Part shown: one piece after another, positions 56,312 through 64,000 of the stretch | Position numbering within the stretch: the stretch's first letter is position 1 | Layout: every line of letters begins with the position of its first letter | Source: Eledone cirrhosa | Lineage: Eukaryota | Assembly: GCA_964016885.1 (NCBI GenBank) | Contig: OZ024743.1 | Span: 11,842,001-11,906,000 of the forward strand | Length of the DNA stretch: 64,000 nt | Direction of reading: 5' to 3' | Notes under the pieces: model-generated | The model's database searches: none | The model's input: the letters and a program-made list of their open reading frames with translations, nothing else | What the model was told of the DNA's origin: nothing | Position numbers and translations under genes: made by a program

Positions 56312-57790
56312 TATACATATATATTATATATAAATATATATATATATATATATGGAAAGTTATATTTAAATTGTTGGGTTACAACTAGTAAATATTAATA
56401 ACTGATATAAAAGCACTCGACAAGTATTTGGAGTATATTTACGATAATAAATAAATGGAAACTATATTTATAAAACCATATTTATTTCATTATATATATT
56501 TCAGGGATATCATATTAACAATATGCTATGCCTTCCTCAGACAAAATACAATATAAACAGTTTTATAGATAAATAGATTTGACATACCGTACAACATCGA
56601 CTTGTATTTGAAAAGTTGAATTGGCAGTGAAAAAATTGTAAACAGAAAGAAAGAAAGAGAGAAAAAAAAGGAAAGAAAGACAGAAAACGAAGAAAAAGAA
56701 GAAAAAGAAGAAATGCATGGAACAAAATAGAGAGATGGAAAGATAGATAAAGAGAAGAACTTCATGTAAAGAAACAGAGAGAGATATATATATAGAGAGA
56801 GGAAATAGATAGATATATATATATATATATAGAAAAATATGTAGTTGGACATCCGTTGAGTAAACGTATCAATGATACATTTATTTATTTATTTATTTAT
56901 TTAGCTCTAGTATTAATGTAAGGGAGATATATGTGGTTAGGAGAGAAACCAGCTGTTATATATAGAGAAAAATGAAAAGTAACCAGACATAGGCGAGGCA
57001 TAAAAACCCTATGTTTTAATGTAGAAGTATTAATATGTATAAAAACCAGGCACTATATTGAAAATATCAGTATTCCTGAATGAGACACGTATCCATAATG
57101 TGTGAAAAGTAATGATCTTATGTTTAGTTTTAAAAAATTCATATGTTTATATGATAACTACAAACATCGATGTGAATTTACATGATCAACTCTGCAAACC
57201 CTAAGTTCACACGGAAAACATTCTCATTGTGCTATAAAAATTTAAGTATACACATATGTGTATATATATACACATATATATAGAGAGTCTATATTACTAC
57301 TATTCTTGTCTTTACTCTACAAGATTATCTATCAAGCAGAAATAGAGAGCAGATTTCAATATATTAATAAAAAATATATCAGAAACAAAAACCAAAAAAC
57401 AACAATAATAATAATAATAATAATAAATAAATAATAATAAAATAGAAAACTAAAAAATATTACGAAAAAATATTACATATTAAAAATATTACATATTAAA
57501 AATAAAAATATTAGAAAATACTACAATAATAAAAATAAACCACAAAGATCAACCCTTCAAAATTAATTGACAATATATTGCCAAGTTCATTATAAGCATC
57601 AGAGTCGAAAACAGATAAAGCTAAAAATTATTTATCAAATCGCATCTAGCAAAAATCATTTCAAAAAGTTTAGGATGCCCATTTGGTCTACATGTGTTCC
57701 TATATTTAATATAGAAGTTTATCTAGTGTAACGTTTATTCGAAATATTTGGAGCATCAACTTTTAGGGTAGTTTAATTTTCCATGAAGAA

Positions 57791-58556
57791 ACAAAATAAC
57801 AACTATTTTAATTACGGCAACAACCTTAATAACTATAATAGAAAGCATTACAATAATTCCAAGGGCCAAAAAAGAAATAGAACTAGGAACATAATTTTGT
57901 TTGCCCCCCCTTTCTCACTAAACATTAAAACCCACATCGCTAAACTATTTTTTAAAGCTCTTGATAATCGCTTCCCTAGAACACATAGGTATCACTCAAT
58001 TTTCAATAGACATACTATAAAATTAACCTACTCATCCACCAAAAATTTAGCACAAAATATTAATAGAATAAATAATAGGAACTTAAAACCTAGTGATAAT
58101 AGCATAAATAATATACAAGTTAACAAATGTAACTGTAGAGATAGATCTAAATGTCCGATAAATAACAACTGCTTAGTTAAAAATATAGTATACAATTGAA
58201 TTGTTAAAACTGATTCTAATTCTTTTAACTACGTCGGTTCCACATCGACGGAATTTAAACTTCGCTATAATAACCACAAGAATTCTTTCACAGATCCAAG
58301 CAAAAAATCTTCAACGGCACTATCAGGCGTACTCTGGCAACTTAAGCTAGATAACGTTAGATATTCGACGGCTTGGAATATAGTCTCAAGAGGGATTCCT
58401 TTTAATTCATCCTCTGAGACATGTGACCTCTGCGCAGAGGAGATATTCTTTATACTAAAATTTAAAAATTCCCTTAATCTACGGACAAATTTATTCAGTT
58501 GCTGCAAACATAGATTAAACTCAACTTTTAAATATAAATTTAAATTTAAAATGTAG
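57791..58556 (+). pseudogene. PLE linker plus GIY-YIG fragment with one in-frame TGA at 58197-58199
   Basis: Frame continues IVKTDSNSFNYVGSTST...CDLCAEE...CCKHRLNSTFKYKFKFKM to the stop; close relative of 11207-12130. Confidence 0.85.
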
Positions 58557-59904
58557 TATATTTAGTTTGATTTATAATTATTTGGGAAACTAGTCGATAA
58601 ATCTTTCGATTTCTTCTTTTTCTTCTTTTTATTTTTATTTTTATCTAAACATTCTTCATGGAAAATTAAACTACCCTAAAAGTTGATGCTCCAAATATTT
58701 CGAATAAACGTTACACTAGATAAACTTCTATATTAAATATAGGAAAACATGTAGACCAAATGGGCATCCTAAACTTTTTGAAATGATTTTTGCTAGATGC
58801 GATTTGATAAATAATTTTTAGCTTTATCTGTTTTCGACTCTGATGCTTATAATGAACTTGGCAATATATTGTCAATTAATTTTGAAGGGTTGATCTTTGT
58901 GGTTTATTTTTATTATTGTAGTATTTTCTAATATTTCTATTTTTAATATGTAATATTTTTAATATGTAATATTTTTAATATGTAATATTTTTTCGTAATA
59001 TTTTTTAGTTTTCTATTTTATTATTATTTATTTATTATTATTATTATTATTATTGTTGTTTTTTGGTTTTTGTTTCTGATATATTTTTTATTAATATATT
59101 GAAATCTGCTCTCTATTTCTGCTTGATAGATAATCTTGTAGAGTAAAGACAAGAATAGTAGTAATATAGACTCTCTATATATATGTGTATATATATACAC
59201 ATATGTGTATACTTAAATTTTTATAGCACAATGAGAATGTTTTCCGTGTGAACTTAGGGTTTGCAGAGTTGATCATGTAAATTCACATCGATGTTTGTAG
59301 TTATCATATAAACATATGAATTTTTTAAAACTAAACATAAGATCATTACTTTTCACACATTATGGATACGTGTCTCATTCAGGAATACTGATATTTTCAA
59401 TATAGTGCCTGGTTTTTATACATATTAATACTTCTACATTAAAACATAGGGTTTTTATGCCTCGCCTATGTCTGGTTACTTTTCATTTTTCTCTCTATAT
59501 AACAGCTGGTTTCTCTCCTAACCACATATATCTCCCTTACATTAATACTAGAGCTAAATAAATAAATAAATAAATAAATGTATCATTGATACGTTTACTC
59601 AACGGATGTCCAACTACATATTTTTCTATATCTATATATCTATCTCTATCTATTTCCTCTCTCTATATATATCTCTCTCTGTTTCTTTACATGAAGTTCT
59701 TCTCTTTATCTATCTTTCCATCTCTCTATTTTGTTCCATGCATTTCTTCTTTTTCTTCTTTTTCTTCGTTTTCTGTCTTTCTTTCCTTTTTTTTTCTCTC
59801 TTTCTTTCTGTTTACAATTTTTTCACTGCCAATTCAACTTTTCAAATACAAGTCGATGTTGTACGGTATGTCAAATCTATTTATCTATAAAACTGTTTAT
59901 ATTG

Positions 59905-59970
59905 TATTTTGTCTGAGGAAGGCATAGCATATTGTTAATATGATATCCCTGAAATATATATAATGAAATA
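59905..59970 (+). ncRNA. Minimal type I hammerhead (mirror copy 56483-56548 minus)
   Basis: tattttgt CTGAGGA aggcatagcatatt-gtt-aatatgatatccct GAAA tatata TA atgaaata. Confidence 0.78.
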
Positions 59971-60010
59971 AATATGGTTTTATAAATATAGTTTCCATTT
60001 ATTTAATATC

Positions 60011-60086
<76 letters not shown>

Positions 60087-60250
60087 ATCTAATATAATTG
60101 TTTCTATTTAGGCACAAGGCCAGCAATTACCCAGTGCATTACTGGTACTTTATTTTATCGACCCGTGAGGATGAAAGGCAAAGTCAAAATGTAATATAAT
60201 AAAATATAATATAATATATATATATATTTTATATATACATATATATATAA

Positions 60251-60328
<78 letters not shown>

Positions 60329-60575
60329 TACATATGACTTATGTTTCGTCACTATATATACATATATATATAATATATATATATAACATATATATATAAT
60401 ATATATATATATATTATATATACATATATATATATATAATATATATATATATATAATATATTATATATTATATATATGTATATATATATATAATACACAC
60501 ATATATATATATATAATATAATATAATATAATATATATATATATAATATAATATATATATATTTTATATATACAT

Positions 60576-60661
<86 letters not shown>

Positions 60662-60681
60662 TACATATGATTTATGTTTCG

Positions 60682-60738
<57 letters not shown>

Positions 60739-60889
60739 TATATATATTATATATACATATATATATAATATATATATATATAATATATTATATATTATAT
60801 ATATGTATATATATATAATACACACATATATATATATAATATAATATAATATATATATATATATATAATATAATATATATATATAATAT

Positions 60890-61307
60890 ATAATATAAGA
60901 TCAAAAGATGGTTAAAGGAGTTCCATATATTTTATTATGTGCATTTCAAAAACAAACATCATCAAGCAATAATATTTGTGTTTTCATCAGATAAAACAGG
61001 AGAACATGATATGAAGGCTAAAAAACACTTGTGGATAGTGCAGTTTTAAATCAACATATCAACATATCAACTGCACTATCCACAAGTGTTTTTTAGCCTT
61101 CATATCATGTTCTCCTGTTTTATCTGATGAAAACACAAATATTATTGCTTGATGATGTTTGTTTTTGAAATGCGCATAATAAAATATATGGAACTCCTTT
61201 AACCATCTTTTGATCTTATATTATGCATACTCCAGTCCCACAAACTGTAGAGTGCTTCTTATCCGATATCTGCATTGCTTTATTGTACTACAATAAAACT
61301 CACCTCC

Positions 61308-61311
<4 letters not shown>
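60890..61311 (+). mobile_element. Fold-back of a PLE terminus only: arms 60890-61045 and 61069-61224, tail 61225-61311; hammerheads 61116-61186 (plus) and 60928-60998 (minus)
   Basis: tgttttat CTGATGA aaacacaaatattat..atgatgtttgttttt GAAA tgcgca TA ataaaata; same family as the end of the PLE at 53036. Confidence 0.85.
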
Positions 61312-61395
<84 letters not shown>

Positions 61396-61719
61396 GGGGA
61401 GGGAGAGAGATAGAGAGGGGAGAGAGAGAGAGAGAGAGAAATTGAGTGAATATCAATATTGGTTCGGTTCTCTGATATAAACAGTTGCTTTCATAACGAT
61501 AAGTAATATAAATCAATAACAATTCCACCAAGCCTATACTGAGAGATACTAGAAATCGAAAGTCTAAACGTATCCATAGATAGAATACGAATAATCAATA
61601 AATATATTCTAATAAAAAAGGTGAAAAAAAATGAGATGTAACCTTTATTTCATTAAAGGAAACATAAAAAAAAGGTGTAATAGGAAAATGAAGGATATTA
61701 GGAAATTACATACGCATAG

Positions 61720-61761
<42 letters not shown>

Positions 61762-61809
61762 GTTTCTACTTTTGGCACAAGGCCAGCAAATACCCAGTGC
61801 ATTACTGGT

Positions 61810-62516
<707 letters not shown>

Positions 62517-62554
62517 TGTATATATATACATATATACATATATATATATATGTA

Positions 62555-62608
<54 letters not shown>

Positions 62609-62659
62609 CATATATATTTATATATATATATATATGTACATTCATACATGGGGGGGGGG

Positions 62660-62724
<65 letters not shown>

Positions 62725-64000
62725 CGTGCGTGTATGTTAATCATAAGTTACTTTAGGATTAAGTAGATCACTCATATCTATCTATTATATATATATATAT
62801 ATATATATACATACATATATTGTGATAGATAAATATGAATTTTTTTTACTCACTGTATATACGAACAGATACTTATTTATTGATTTGGTGGCAATACTTA
62901 AAGAAATCGTTATATTATGTGAGAGCGATATGTCCTTTTTCAGTGCCAGAACCTTGTTCCTTTGAAACTATGTTGAATGATTCCACTTAAACGTGTCATG
63001 TTTATCAATGGAATAAATAGTATTAGAGGACAGAGGAAAGTAAAATAAAAGTAAAAGAATGATAAATAATATATATATATATATATATATAAAGGAGGGG
63101 AATGACGTAAAGAAAACAAAAACCGAAAGAAGCAGTAAAGAAAACTCATGAAATAATAAAATCCTATATGATAATATACACTGTATTGAGACATAAACGG
63201 AAATAACTAAGAGAAAAAAGGAAAATTCTAAAAGTATGAAAAAATGATAAGAACGATGACTGAAAAAAAAAAAACATCACTAGAAGATGCAATCTCTTTT
63301 GAACATAAGAATCTTTGAGAGGAATTTTTTAATGAAATAACTTATAACTTTATCAAAAGTACTTTGTGCATCTACATTACCAAATATGAAAAAGTTTTAT
63401 AACATATTGTGTCAGTTGAAGACAGATCTGAATATTTCCTCTTCAAGTAGAGTATCTAAAATTAGCACACTCAAGTAGGCCCGAGAAATGGCAAGCTTGC
63501 AATAAGCCCAAAGACAGACGTAAAGATAAAACGTAACCCTTCGAAGCAGGAAATGTACCTGGGGAAGATAGGAAAATTGGGCACCATTTGAAGCTGCTCG
63601 TTAAATATTTTAGTGATTAGTTCTGAATACATATACTCACTGTATGGGATACAGGTATATATATATGAATGTAGTCTAAATGATAAAGAAAATAAAAGAA
63701 TGAGAGCTCCAGGTGAGTACAATGAAACTGCTTGATTTGAAACCGCTCATGAAATTTTATAGCAATCAATGCTAAATGCATTGATTTATGTGTGGGTTAC
63801 GAGTATATACATGTAGATATGGTGTACTTACTTCGCCCTCTCTCTCTCTATCATTCTCTGGAAGAAATCGGCTGTGTTTAAACATGGAGAGAGATGGGCT
63901 TCGTCGGGTTTGGAATGCTCAAGAAACTACATATCCATCGGGAGTTACGGGTTCATATATACATAGTATACTTGCTTTATTTAAAAGAAACAGAACAAAA

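Larger units (their letters stand above)
56354..60012. mobile_element. Second fold-back PLE: tail 56354-56440 (minus), arms 56441-57790 and 58652-60012, loop 57791-58651 carrying the GIY-YIG coding fragment
   Basis: Arms are near-identical reverse complements; hammerheads at 56483-56548 (minus) and 59905-59970 (plus); (TA)n on both sides. Confidence 0.92.

Noticed and set aside
60331-60900. Duplicated ttatgtttcgtcac island within (TA)n
   Set aside because: Explained by an approximately 333-bp tandem slippage duplication in the microsatellite
63471-63722. 83-aa minus-strand ORF in unique-looking sequence
   Set aside because: No recognisable motif or splice evidence; cannot be supported as a gene

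Overview
AT-rich, microsatellite-dense animal DNA, probably cephalopod (Octopus-like SINEs and repeat landscape; inference). No host protein-coding gene is supportable. Contents: (1) a locally duplicated and inverted tRNA-Gly cluster at about 1-16 kb (GCC, CCC and one TCC anticodon); (2) several Penelope-like elements (PLEs) with a C-terminal GIY-YIG domain, all in (TA)n; (3) a near-full-length R4/Dong-like REL-endonuclease LINE in (CATA)n with one in-frame stop; (4) a 69-bp satellite interrupted by a non-coding LTR-like element; (5) RTE, CR1-like, CRE-like and Neptune-like fragments, tRNA-SINEs, Helitron-like elements and MITEs. The most striking unannotated signal is one architecture repeated about nine times, from about 0.15 to 5.9 kb: (TA)n, a near-perfect fold-back palindrome whose arms end in a minimal type I hammerhead ribozyme (or its 3' half), a one-sided tail of 65-110 nt with a conserved ACTC...GAGTRCT motif, then (TA)n. 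Separately, a 469-nt, highly structured, hammerhead-containing unit present as 1.43 tandem copies (retrozyme or circular-RNA-like) is nested in a PLE 3' UTR.
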